Part shown: in pieces, positions 29,161 through 38,518 of the stretch
Layout: each line of letters opens with the position of its first letter
How positions within the stretch are numbered: position 1 is the first letter of the stretch
Assembly (NCBI GenBank): GCA_021737875.1
Contig: JAIPDD010000001.1
Coordinates: forward strand, 999-64,998
Source: Sulfuritalea sp.
Lineage (GTDB): Bacteria > Pseudomonadota > Gammaproteobacteria > Burkholderiales > Burkholderiaceae_C
Direction: 5' to 3'
Length of the DNA: 64,000 nucleotides
Notes under the pieces: generated by a model
Database searches by the model: none
The model's input: only the letters and a program-made list of their open reading frames with translations
Told to the model about the DNA's origin: nothing
Program-made: the position numbers and the translations under genes

Positions 29161-30391
29161 GCGCGGCTTGAGCGATGGGGTTCAAAAAATGCAATGCAGC
29201 ATCGAGCACGGGATCTGCTGCGATGCGTTTAAGGCATTGGTTGTCGCCGTCACAAAACGTCAGTCGGTGGTTGTAGGCACTTAAGCAGGGTGAGCAGGCA
29301 ATGCCTGATTCAATGATTGTTGTGCGCGACCCCAAAGGGCCGTAGAGTTTGCCAGTTTCAGGTCCAAAAAAGACCATGGTCTGAATGGGCGTGAGGCAGG
29401 CAAAGTGGCCTGGGCCGCCATCGTTGGTAATGAGTAACTCTGCTGCGTGAAACAGCATGAGCAGCTCTCGGATGCTTCGCGTGTAACCGGTCAGGTCAAT
29501 GCAATAGGGGCTATCGGTTTGGACTTGCAAGTCTTGGGCGAGTTGGGCGTCGTCCTTCAGACCAATCAAGCCCACGGCAAACCCAGCTTGGCAAAGGCCT
29601 TGGGCCACCCGTGCGTAATGGGTCGTTGGCCAAGCCCGCTCTGGAAGAATGCCGCCGCCGGCATACACCAACACCAATTTGCGCTGCGCTAAATGCGGAT
29701 GGTCGCTATGGAGTTGCCCTTTGTAGGCAGCTAATTCAGTAGCGTCAAAGGAAACAGACAGTTCTGTTGTTGTAGGCATGGCGATGGTTGGCGCAGATTT
29801 GTTGCGCGGCATACCCTGGCCCGTGAGTGCATCTACCAAGGACAAAAACTGTTTGCTGATGTGCTGGTAGGGGTTATAGGGAATTGCGTGGTTGATGAAG
29901 CTGCCACGGTACAAGCCTTCTTGGGTGTGTGGGGTAAAACCCACCCGAACCGGCGCACCACAGGCAAAGGACAACAAGCTGCTGACCCGTGAAAAAAGCT
30001 CGCAATCAATCACTGCATCGATACGAAGACTGCGCATGGCCGCGCTCACGCGCAGGATGTCACGCAAAAGGCGCAGGCCAGAGCGGTCGTCAATGGAGTG
30101 TAAAAACTCAGGCGCAGTGAGCTGTAAGAGTTGCGAGACCTCTTGGTTTTTTTTAAGCTGTAGAACGTGAATGGAAGCCGTGGGATAGCGCCTGCGAAGC
30201 TCCGCAAACATCGGACCTGCGAGCACAATGCTCCCCATCTCTGAGAGCAAAATCACCAAAATATTTTGGGGATGGGGACCGAAAGTTGCCGATTTGCCCC
30301 ATGCGACGGACAGACGAACCCACAAGGACACCAGCGCACATAACAACTGGCCGAGCCAGCGGTCAATCAAGCGCTGTGTACTAAGGTTCAT
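29150..30391 (-). CDS. Glycosyltransferase family 9 (heptosyltransferase-like)
   Basis: LSEMGSIVLA, RAWP...Y, IDLTG, LITNDGGPGHFA, FFGPE, CSPC...C....CLK. Confidence 0.85.
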   Translation of the reverse strand: MNLSTQRLIDRWLGQLLCALVSLWVRLSVAWGKSATFGPHPQNILVILLSEMGSIVLAGPMFAELRRRYPTASIHVLQLKKNQEVSQLLQLTAPEFLHSIDDRSGLRLLRDILRVSAAMRSLRIDAVIDCELFSRVSSLLSFACGAPVRVGFTPHTQEGLYRGSFINHAIPYNPYQHISKQFLSLVDALTGQGMPRNKSAPTIAMPTTTELSVSFDATELAAYKGQLHSDHPHLAQRKLVLVYAGGGILPERAWPTTHYARVAQGLCQAGFAVGLIGLKDDAQLAQDLQVQTDSPYCIDLTGYTRSIRELLMLFHAAELLITNDGGPGHFACLTPIQTMVFFGPETGKLYGPLGSRTTIIESGIACSPCLSAYNHRLTFCDGDNQCLKRIAADPVLDAALHFLNPIAQAAHGQ

Positions 30392-30406
30392 CTGTGGTGG
30401 GCGTGC

Positions 30407-31585
30407 TTAAAGTCCGGCAGCAGCGCGCAGGGCTTGTGCTTTATCGGTCCGCTCCCATGAGAACTCGGGTTCTTCACGGCCAAAGTGCCCATACGCGGCT
30501 GTTTTCTCATAGATGGGGCGCAGCAAGTCCAGCATCTGAATGATCCCTTTGGGCCGCAAGTCGAAATGCGCATTGACCAAGGCGGCGATTTTCTCATCAG
30601 AGACCACGCCAGTTCCTTCGGTGTAAACCGTCACGTTCATGGGCTTGGCCACACCAATGGCATAGGCCACTTGAATTTGGCACTGTGTGGCCAGACCCGC
30701 GGCCACAATGTTTTTGGCCACATAGCGTGCCGCGTAGGCCGCAGAGCGGTCTACCTTTGTTGGATCTTTACCGGAAAAAGCGCCACCTCCATGGGGGCAA
30801 GCGCCGCCGTAAGTGTCCACAATAATTTTGCGCCCGGTGAGTCCGCAGTCCCCTTGGGGGCCGCCGACCACAAAGCGGCCAGTGGGGTTGACCAAATAGC
30901 GGGTGTCTTTGAGCCACTCTTTGGGTAGGACAGGTTTGATAATTTCTTCGATGACGGCGTCGATGAACTCTTGCTTCATGGTCGTGCCATTGCTCATCTC
31001 AGGGCTGTGCTGGCTCGACAGAACCACGGTGTCAATGCTGTGGGGCTTGCCATCGACATAGCGCATGGTCACTTGGCTCTTGGCGTCGGGGCGCAAAAAC
31101 GGCATGCGGCCGTCTTTTCGCAATTGCGCTTGCCGCTCCACCAAACGGTGCGCGTAGTAAATAGGGGCAGGCATCAACTCAGGCGTTTCGTTGCAGGCAT
31201 AGCCAAACATCAAACCTTGGTCACCGGCGCCGGTATTGAGGTGGTCATCAGACGCATGGTCCACACCTTGGGCAATGTCGTTGGACTGTTTGTCGTAAGC
31301 GACGAGAACCGCACAACCTTTGTAATCAATACCGTATTCGGTGTTGTCGTAGCCGATGCGTTTGATCGTGTCCCGTGCGACTTGGATGTAGTCCACGTGG
31401 GCGTTGGTGGTGATCTCGCCCGCTAAGACAACGAGACCGGTGTTGCACAACGTTTCTGCTGCAACGCGCGACTTGGGGTCTTGTTTGAAAATCGCATCCA
31501 AAATCGCATCGGAAATTTGGTCAGCCACCTTGTCCGGGTGGCCTTCAGAGACGGACTCGGAGGTGAAAAGAAAATCGTTCGCCAT
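30407..31585 (-). CDS. metK: S-adenosylmethionine synthetase
   Basis: [35 protein letters not shown]. Confidence 0.98.
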   Translation of the reverse strand: MANDFLFTSESVSEGHPDKVADQISDAILDAIFKQDPKSRVAAETLCNTGLVVLAGEITTNAHVDYIQVARDTIKRIGYDNTEYGIDYKGCAVLVAYDKQSNDIAQGVDHASDDHLNTGAGDQGLMFGYACNETPELMPAPIYYAHRLVERQAQLRKDGRMPFLRPDAKSQVTMRYVDGKPHSIDTVVLSSQHSPEMSNGTTMKQEFIDAVIEEIIKPVLPKEWLKDTRYLVNPTGRFVVGGPQGDCGLTGRKIIVDTYGGACPHGGGAFSGKDPTKVDRSAAYAARYVAKNIVAAGLATQCQIQVAYAIGVAKPMNVTVYTEGTGVVSDEKIAALVNAHFDLRPKGIIQMLDLLRPIYEKTAAYGHFGREEPEFSWERTDKAQALRAAAGL

Positions 31586-31643
31586 AAAATTACTCCAAAT
31601 AAAAAAACAACAGATTGCGTTGCTTGGGCTTTGGGGCTTCGGC

Positions 31644-31747
31644 GAACGCTTTAGCAGATGTGCCAGATTTGACAAGGCACAATGACAATCCGATATACAG
31701 ATCGCCTTGTGGTGGTCGCCCTGCAAGTAGTTCATAACTCAGCGACC
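31644..31747 (-). ncRNA. SAM-II riboswitch, long-loop variant
   Basis: Minus strand reads GGUCGC-UGAGUU-AU-GAAC-UAC-UUGC-AGG-GCGACC ... GCUAAA-GC-GUUC. P1 is GGUCGC/GCGACC; pseudoknot pairs are GAAC/GUUC and UUGC/GCUAAA. Lies upstream of metK, with a TAAAAT -10 at 31754-31759. Confidence 0.8.
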
Positions 31748-31767
31748 GCTGTAATTTTACCCCACCG

Positions 31768-32592
31768 ATGACGATTGTCTTTCGCGCACTGTCTTTTTTG
31801 CCCTTGGTTGTGCTCCATGCATTGGGAGCGGTGTTGGGCTGGCTTGTCTTTCTAGTCTCCAAAACCTACCGCCAGCGCTTCATGGCCAACGCCACCCAAG
31901 CTGGGTTAGATGTATCGGACATCTTGCCAGCCGTTGCAGCCGCTGGACGTCTTGTGGCTGAATTGCCGCGTTTATGGATGGGGCGGGCCGTGGCCATCCA
32001 ATGGCAAGGTGCGCAGCATATAGACAAGGCCCTTCAAGCAGGCCGCGGCATTGTTTTTTTAACGCCCCATTTGGGGTGTTTTGAAGTCACTGCGCAAGCC
32101 TATGCCACGCGCTACGGGCAGCAGGGCAAACCGATGACGGTTTTATACCGTCCACCCCGCAAAAGTTGGTTGGGTGCTTTGGTGGGAGCGGCGCGAAAGC
32201 GCCCTGGTTTGCACACTGCGCCTGCGACGCTTGCCGGTGTCAAACAAATGCTCAAAGCACTGAAACATGGCGACTGCGTTGGCGTATTACCGGACCAAGT
32301 CCCCCCGCAACACCAGGGTTTGTGGACTCCGTTTTTTGGCAAGTCTGCCTACACGATGACTTTATCGGCGCGATTGGCCCAGCAGACGGGCGCGACCATT
32401 TTGATTGCGTGGGGAGAGCGCAAGCCATGGGGACAGGGATACACGGTGCATGTTGCGCCTTTAGATGCCATGCTGAGCGAAGATCTGGCCACTGCAACGC
32501 TGCAAATCAACCAAGCGATGGAGTTTTTGATTGCGCAGTGCCCTGGCCAGTATTTGTGGGGATATGACCGGTACAAACAGCCGCGCGTTTAA
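31768..32592 (+). CDS. Lipid A late acyltransferase family protein (LpxL-like) 1
   Basis: LTPHLGCFE, GVLPDQ, PFFG, QYLWGYDRYK. Confidence 0.88.
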   Translation: MTIVFRALSFLPLVVLHALGAVLGWLVFLVSKTYRQRFMANATQAGLDVSDILPAVAAAGRLVAELPRLWMGRAVAIQWQGAQHIDKALQAGRGIVFLTPHLGCFEVTAQAYATRYGQQGKPMTVLYRPPRKSWLGALVGAARKRPGLHTAPATLAGVKQMLKALKHGDCVGVLPDQVPPQHQGLWTPFFGKSAYTMTLSARLAQQTGATILIAWGERKPWGQGYTVHVAPLDAMLSEDLATATLQINQAMEFLIAQCPGQYLWGYDRYKQPRV

Positions 32593-32595
32593 AAG

Positions 32596-33462
32596 ATGGG
32601 CACCCGTTTTATTTTGTATTGCATCCAAGCCCTGGGGTACTTGCCACTGGCGTGGTTGCGTGCGCTGGGTTGGGGTTTGGGGGCTGCCTTGTATGTGCTG
32701 GTGGGATCGCGGCGCAAGGTGGTGTGGATTAATTTGCAGCTGTGCTTTCCGAACTGGACGACAGCGCAGGTGCGCCACACTGCATTTCAAACCTTTGTGT
32801 ATTTCGCCCAAGCTTGGCTCGATCGAGGTTGGCTTTGGTATGCGCAGCCCGAAGTTTTGCTTAAACGTGTAAAGCTTGTAGGTTCAGTAAACGAACTTGA
32901 AGGAAATGACCCTACTCTGATTTTTACACCACATTTCATTGGAATGGATGCAGGCTGGGTTGCCCTTAATCAGCAGATTCCACGCCAATTCATGACAGTG
33001 TATGCAAGTCAAACCAACTTAGTGGTGGATTCTTGGATTCTGAAAGGACGCAAGCGTTTTGCAAACGGTCGACCTTTTGACCGTTCTCAGGGTTTTAAAG
33101 GCTTACTCGCAGGTCTTCGTAGGGGTGAGCCTTTGTGCCTTTTGCCTGACATGAACTACGAGCCAAAGGAGTCTGTATTCGTCCCTTTTTATGGTGTGCT
33201 TGCTGCCACCATCCCCTCTCTTTCAAGGGTTGCTAAGTTGGGTCGGGCGAAAGTAATTGCAATGGTGGTTCGCGTGACGCCTGAGGGGTATGAAGTTGAA
33301 ATTATTCCCGCTTGGCCTAATTTCCCTACAGATAACTTGGTTTCAGATACTGAGCTAATGAACCTGCGTTTGCAAGGCTACATTGACAGAGAGCCCGCCC
33401 AGTATTACTGGGTGCACAAACGCTTCAAAGACCGCCCGGCGGGAGAATTGCCGCCGTATTGA
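32596..33462 (+). CDS. lpxL: Lipid A late acyltransferase (LpxL/HtrB family) 2
   Basis: PHFIGMD, LPDMNY, FVPFYG, QYYWVHKRFK. Confidence 0.85.
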   Translation: MGTRFILYCIQALGYLPLAWLRALGWGLGAALYVLVGSRRKVVWINLQLCFPNWTTAQVRHTAFQTFVYFAQAWLDRGWLWYAQPEVLLKRVKLVGSVNELEGNDPTLIFTPHFIGMDAGWVALNQQIPRQFMTVYASQTNLVVDSWILKGRKRFANGRPFDRSQGFKGLLAGLRRGEPLCLLPDMNYEPKESVFVPFYGVLAATIPSLSRVAKLGRAKVIAMVVRVTPEGYEVEIIPAWPNFPTDNLVSDTELMNLRLQGYIDREPAQYYWVHKRFKDRPAGELPPY

Positions 33463-33465
33463 AGG

Positions 33466-34173
33466 TCACTGCTCAGCTGGGGTTGCCTCAGGGTGGGCCC
33501 ATTTCCAAAGCAGTTGCGCAACGTCTTCCACGCCGGTTTTCTTGGTGGCTGAAAACAAACGCACTTCGCCGCCTCCGGCCTGAAGCTTGGTGATCGATAG
33601 GACTTTGGCGCCTTCGCTGCGCGTGAGTTTGTCGGCCTTGGTCAGAACGATCAGAAATTTCAATCCTTCTTCGACCCGGGGGCGAATGACTTCAAGAAGC
33701 ACTTCATCGAGCTCCGTGATGCCGTGGCGGGGGTCACACATCAACACAATGCCTTTGAGGTTTTTTCTGCTCACCAGGTAGTTGGCCATCACCTGCTGCC
33801 ATCGAATTTTGTCTTGCTTGGGAACCGCTGCGTAGCCATAGCCTGGAAGGTCAGTCAGCACGGCGTCCATGACGCCTTGTTTGCCCAAGGAGAACAAGTT
33901 AATGTGCTGGGTTCGCCCGGGTCTTTTGGAGGCAAAAGCCAGTTGTTTTTGCTGCGTGAGGGTATTGATGCACGTCGATTTTCCCGCATTGGAGCGACCC
34001 ACGAACGCAATTTCTGGCACGTCGAGTTCAGGTAAAAAATGCAGTTGGGGCGCGGTGGTGAGAAATTTGGCTGTGTGCAACCATCCCATGGAGATCACCG
34101 CAGGGGATTTTTCCGCAAGCAAAGCAGGTGGCTTGTGGGGGTGTTTAGGGGCTGGGTTGGGTGCGGTAGTCAT
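33466..34173 (-). CDS. engB: Ribosome biogenesis GTP-binding protein YihA/EngB
   Basis: GRSNAGKST, PGRTQHIN, DLPGYG, TKADK. Confidence 0.95.
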   Translation of the reverse strand: MTTAPNPAPKHPHKPPALLAEKSPAVISMGWLHTAKFLTTAPQLHFLPELDVPEIAFVGRSNAGKSTCINTLTQQKQLAFASKRPGRTQHINLFSLGKQGVMDAVLTDLPGYGYAAVPKQDKIRWQQVMANYLVSRKNLKGIVLMCDPRHGITELDEVLLEVIRPRVEEGLKFLIVLTKADKLTRSEGAKVLSITKLQAGGGEVRLFSATKKTGVEDVAQLLWKWAHPEATPAEQ

Positions 34174-34257
34174 GCTTGTAATGGTTGTTGTAGCGGGTAA
34201 ACCCAAGGCTGCATTGTAGAATGGCGCTGTTTTGCTTTACCGCCACACTACAGTCTT

Positions 34258-34899
34258 ATGAAGTCCATTGCACAATTGTTACTCGCCGCGGCCTTGTCTG
34301 CTGGCGCAATCTCTGTTTTTGCCAGTACGCCAGCACCTGAGGCACCAGCCAAAGTGGCCAAACCAGATTTAGCCAAAGGCGAAGCTTCCTTTGCTGCAGT
34401 CTGTGCAGCCTGCCATGGTGCTGATGGCAATTCTGGAACGCCTGCCTACCCCAAGTTAGCGCAGCAGCATCCTGGTTATTTGGTCAAGCAACTCCAAGAA
34501 TACAAATCCGATAAGCGTGCCAATGCCATCATGAAGGGCTTTGCATCAACTTTGTCCGAAGACGATATGCGCAATATCGCTTTCTGGGTCACCAGTAAGA
34601 CCGCCAAACCCGGTTTTGCCAAAGACAAAGAACTCGTGGCTTTGGGTGAGCGCATCTACCGCGGTGGAATTTCTGACCGCCAAGTTCCTGCTTGCGCGGG
34701 ATGCCACAGCCCCAATGGCGCAGGTATTCCTTCTCAGTACCCCCGTTTGAGTGGACAGCATGCGGAATACAGCGTTGCGCAGTTAACGGCTTTTCGCGAT
34801 GGGGTTCGTAAAAATAGCTTGCAGATGAACCAAGTGGCAGCAAAGCTCAATGACCGTGAAATCAAAGCGGTGGCGGACTATATTGCCGGTTTGCGTTAA
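34258..34899 (+). CDS. Diheme cytochrome c4
   Basis: Signal peptide; two CXXCH motifs (CAACH, CAGCH). Confidence 0.93.
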   Translation: MKSIAQLLLAAALSAGAISVFASTPAPEAPAKVAKPDLAKGEASFAAVCAACHGADGNSGTPAYPKLAQQHPGYLVKQLQEYKSDKRANAIMKGFASTLSEDDMRNIAFWVTSKTAKPGFAKDKELVALGERIYRGGISDRQVPACAGCHSPNGAGIPSQYPRLSGQHAEYSVAQLTAFRDGVRKNSLQMNQVAAKLNDREIKAVADYIAGLR

Positions 34900-34954
34900 C
34901 GCCAAGCGCGCACAGACCGTGGGTGGGCGCACTACCCGCACGCGTTTTTCCAGC

Positions 34955-34988
34955 AAGGCAGTCCCACATGCACGGGCCTGCCTTTTTT
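34955..34988 (+). terminator. Putative intrinsic terminator between cytochrome c4 and resB
   Basis: AAGGCAG-t-CCC...GGG-c-CTGCCTT followed by a T run. Confidence 0.6.
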
Positions 34989-35008
34989 AATGCACACCAT
35001 AAGTCGCT

Positions 35009-37162
35009 ATGACCGTATCCACCCAAGGACTTGAACTGAAATCAGGCTCGCGTGCTTGGCGAGCCAGTGTGGAGTTGCTGTCTTCCATGCGGTTTTCAAT
35101 CTCGCTGTTGACAGTGATTTGTATTGCATCGGTCATTGGCACCGTGCTCAAACAACATGAGCCGCTGGGAAATTACATCAACCAGTTTGGACCTTTCTGG
35201 GCCGAGGTATTTGGCGCATTGAGTCTCTACAACGTGTACAGCGCGTGGTGGTTCATGGTCATTTTGGGGTTCTTGGTGCTCAGTACGTCGCTTTGCATTG
35301 CGAGAAATACCCCCAAAATCTTGGTGGATCTGCGCTCTTTCAAAGAAAACATTCGAGAGCAAAGCCTTCAGGCGTTTGGACACCGGGCCATGGCCGATTT
35401 GCAAGAACCCGCAGAGCAAGCCGCACACCGACTTGGAAAGGTATTGGCTGCCAGTGGCTGGAAGGTCAAGCTTCAAGAACGATCAACCAGCCACGGCCCT
35501 GCGTGGATGATCGCTGCCAAGGCCGGGTCCGTGAACAAGATGGGCTATATCGCCGCACACAGTGCGATCGTCTTGGTCTGTCTTGGTGGACTGCTCGATG
35601 GCGATTTGATGGTTCGCGCCCAGATGCTGTTCAACGGCAAATCGGCATTCACCGGCGGCGGGTTGATGGCAGACGTTGCCCCAGAGCACCGATTGAGTGA
35701 TCGCAACCCGACGTTTCGCGGTAACTTGTTGGTTGCGGAAGGAACCCAATCGGCGACTGCCATCTTGAACCAACCTGACGGCATCTTGTTGCAGGAGTTG
35801 CCGTTTTCCATTGAACTTAAAAAGTTTATTGTGGAGTACTACTCCACCGGAATGCCCAAGCTCTTTGCCAGTGATATTGTGATTCACGACAAAGAAACGG
35901 GTGAAAAAATCAACACCCGGGTCGAAGTCAATCACCCGGCCAGCCACCGCGGCATCGAGATTTACCAGTCCAGTTTTGACGATGGCGGCTCGACCGTCAA
36001 ACTGCAAGCCCTTTCACTATCGGACAGTGGAACATCATTTGATTTGCAAGGCGTGATTGGTGGCAGCGCCCAAATCCAAAACACGATAGGCCCGCAGGCG
36101 CAAGCTTTGACGGTTGAATTCACAGGCCTGCGCGTGATCAACGTAGAAAATATGGCGGGCGACAGCTTGTCTGGTGCAGATACCCGCACCGTGGACTTGC
36201 GCCAAGCGCTTCAAGCACGCATGGGGGCGGCCAATAAAACGAATGAAAACAAAGCCTTGCGCAATGTGGGGCCCAGCGTCAGTTATAAATTGCGCGATAC
36301 CGCAGGACAAGCCCGAGAATTTAACAACTACATGCTGCCTGTCGACATGGGCGATGGGGCGGCTGTATTTTTATTGGGCATGCGTGAGAACCCGTCAGAG
36401 CGATTTCAATACCTTCGCATTCCTGCCGATGCGAAGGATTCGATGGATGAGTTTTGGCGTTTGTGGCGTGCTTTGCAAAACCCCCGCTTGCGAGCGCAGG
36501 CGGTTGAGCGCTACGCCCGCCAAGCGGTGGACCCCAAGCGGCCCGAATTGGTGGCTGCGCTCGCAGCCTCGGCAGGCCGGGCATTAAACCTCTTTGCGGC
36601 CCGTCCCAAGTCAGTCGATGCATCCAATCCAGTGCCTGCGGTAGCAGGATTGCAAGCCGTCTCTGATTTTTTAGAAGCCAATGTTCCCGATTCCGAAAGG
36701 GCCAAAGCGGGCGAGGTATTCATTCGCATTTTGAATGGAACGCTGTTTGAATTGGCCCAAATCGCCCGCGAACAAGCGGGGCTTCAAGCGATGGCGTCAG
36801 ATGCCCACACCCAGGCATTTATGACCCAGGCGGTGTTGGCACTCAGTGATGTGCCGCTGTACCCCGCGCCTTTGGTTTTGCAATTGGCGGACTTTACGCA
36901 GGTACAAGCGAGTGTGTTTCAAGTCGCACGCGCACCCGGAAAACTGGTGGTTTATCTCGGTTGTGCCCTTTTAATATTTGGGGTATTTGCGATGCTTTAC
37001 ATTCGTGAGCGACGCTTGTGGGTATGGTTAAGCCCATCACCCAATGCTTTGCACGCGCCAGTAACCGCCGCCACGTTGGCTCTTTCTACGAACCGTAAAA
37101 CCATGGACGGGGACCGCGAGTTTGAACACTTGAAATTGCGATTACTTGGCCTTAAGGACTGA
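35009..37162 (+). CDS. resB: System II cytochrome c biogenesis protein ResB/Ccs1
   Basis: LSSMRFSISLL...ASVIGT, GYIAAHSAI, VNHP....GIEIYQSSF. Confidence 0.92.
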   Translation: MTVSTQGLELKSGSRAWRASVELLSSMRFSISLLTVICIASVIGTVLKQHEPLGNYINQFGPFWAEVFGALSLYNVYSAWWFMVILGFLVLSTSLCIARNTPKILVDLRSFKENIREQSLQAFGHRAMADLQEPAEQAAHRLGKVLAASGWKVKLQERSTSHGPAWMIAAKAGSVNKMGYIAAHSAIVLVCLGGLLDGDLMVRAQMLFNGKSAFTGGGLMADVAPEHRLSDRNPTFRGNLLVAEGTQSATAILNQPDGILLQELPFSIELKKFIVEYYSTGMPKLFASDIVIHDKETGEKINTRVEVNHPASHRGIEIYQSSFDDGGSTVKLQALSLSDSGTSFDLQGVIGGSAQIQNTIGPQAQALTVEFTGLRVINVENMAGDSLSGADTRTVDLRQALQARMGAANKTNENKALRNVGPSVSYKLRDTAGQAREFNNYMLPVDMGDGAAVFLLGMRENPSERFQYLRIPADAKDSMDEFWRLWRALQNPRLRAQAVERYARQAVDPKRPELVAALAASAGRALNLFAARPKSVDASNPVPAVAGLQAVSDFLEANVPDSERAKAGEVFIRILNGTLFELAQIAREQAGLQAMASDAHTQAFMTQAVLALSDVPLYPAPLVLQLADFTQVQASVFQVARAPGKLVVYLGCALLIFGVFAMLYIRERRLWVWLSPSPNALHAPVTAATLALSTNRKTMDGDREFEHLKLRLLGLKD

Positions 37163-37166
37163 AACC

Positions 37167-38501
37167 ATGTCAACCCCTTCACCGGCAAGCCTGTACACAC
37201 AGCGATTGGACCTCGGCTATTTTGCAAAGCGCAACGTGCGCGACTGGGTATTTGCCCTTGTGGTTTTGGCCGCAGGTCTTTTTACTTTCGGGCGCTACCT
37301 TGCTGCCATGGATGTCTATGAGCAGGGCATATTGCTGGCCGCGATTCCCAGTGCGGTTGCGCTGGCTTGGTTTTGGCGCCCTTTGCAAAACCTGATGCTG
37401 GTGGTCGCCGCACTTTCCTTGGGCGCGATTGCTTTGTACCAAGGTGATTTAGGGCGCGCAGAGACTGTTTTTGGATTGAAGTATTTTTTATCAAGCCAGT
37501 CCGCTATTTTGTGGATGAGCATGCTGTTTTTTATCAGCACGGCGTTTTATTGGTTAGGCGTATTCATCCAAGACAAAGCCCAAGGCATTGAAGTCCTTGC
37601 ATCGCGCTTGCTATGGGTTGCCGTGACCTTGGCCCTGGTGGGAACCATGGTGCGGTGGTACGAGAGCTACTTGCTTGGCGCCGACATTGGCCATATACCG
37701 GTGAGCAATTTGTACGAAGTTTTCGTCTTATTTTGCTGGATGACGGCTGCTTTTTACCTGTACTTCGAGGCGCAATACCAGACGCGTGCGCTCGGCGCCT
37801 TTGTGATGCTGGTGGTGAGTGCTGCGGTTGGATTTTTGCTTTGGTACACCTTGGTTCGCCAAGCCCATGAAATTCAGCCGCTGGTGCCCGCGCTCAAAAG
37901 TTGGTGGATGAAGTTGCACGTGCCTGCGAATTTCATTGGGTATGGAACCTTCGCTTTGGCAGCCATGGTGGCCTTTGCTTATTTGATCAAGCAACAGGCC
38001 ACAGAGACCCGCTGGTACAAACTCGCACCCTTGTGGTTATTGGGCGTGGTGCTGTGTTTTGAGCCGATTATTTTCAGAAAATCCGCTGTGGCTGGGATGA
38101 GTGATTACTGGGCAATTTACTTTGGAATTTCGGCCTTGATTGTTGCCAGTATTTTGGTAGGCCGCAAACGCTTGAGCGCCAAACTCCCTTCGTTTGAAGT
38201 GTTGGATGATGTGATGTACAAGTCCATCGCCGTCGGTTTTGCCTTCTTCACGATTGCCACCGTTTTGGGTGCCTTGTGGGCTGCGGAGGCCTGGGGCGGG
38301 TATTGGAGTTGGGACCCGAAAGAAACCTGGGCTTTGATTGTGTGGCTCAACTATGCAGCGTGGCTGCATATGCGGCTCATGAAAGGTTTGCGTGGAACGG
38401 TTGCAGCTTGGTGGGCCTTGGCGGGCTTGGGTGTGACTACCTTTGCCTTTATCGGCGTCAATATGTTTTTAAGTGGCTTGCATAGTTACGGCACACTTTA
38501 A
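37167..38501 (+). CDS. ccsB: System II cytochrome c synthase ResC (CcsA/CcsB)
   Basis: WWD domain WAAEAWGGYWSWDPKETWA, HIPVSNLYE, GLHSYG. Confidence 0.93.
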   Translation: MSTPSPASLYTQRLDLGYFAKRNVRDWVFALVVLAAGLFTFGRYLAAMDVYEQGILLAAIPSAVALAWFWRPLQNLMLVVAALSLGAIALYQGDLGRAETVFGLKYFLSSQSAILWMSMLFFISTAFYWLGVFIQDKAQGIEVLASRLLWVAVTLALVGTMVRWYESYLLGADIGHIPVSNLYEVFVLFCWMTAAFYLYFEAQYQTRALGAFVMLVVSAAVGFLLWYTLVRQAHEIQPLVPALKSWWMKLHVPANFIGYGTFALAAMVAFAYLIKQQATETRWYKLAPLWLLGVVLCFEPIIFRKSAVAGMSDYWAIYFGISALIVASILVGRKRLSAKLPSFEVLDDVMYKSIAVGFAFFTIATVLGALWAAEAWGGYWSWDPKETWALIVWLNYAAWLHMRLMKGLRGTVAAWWALAGLGVTTFAFIGVNMFLSGLHSYGTL

Positions 38502-38518
38502 TTTGCGCAAGGGGTTGA

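Noticed and set aside
31586-31735. 50-aa N-terminal extension of MetK, or a leader peptide
   Set aside because: The region is better explained by the SAM-II riboswitch, and a GGAG RBS precedes the ATG at 31585.
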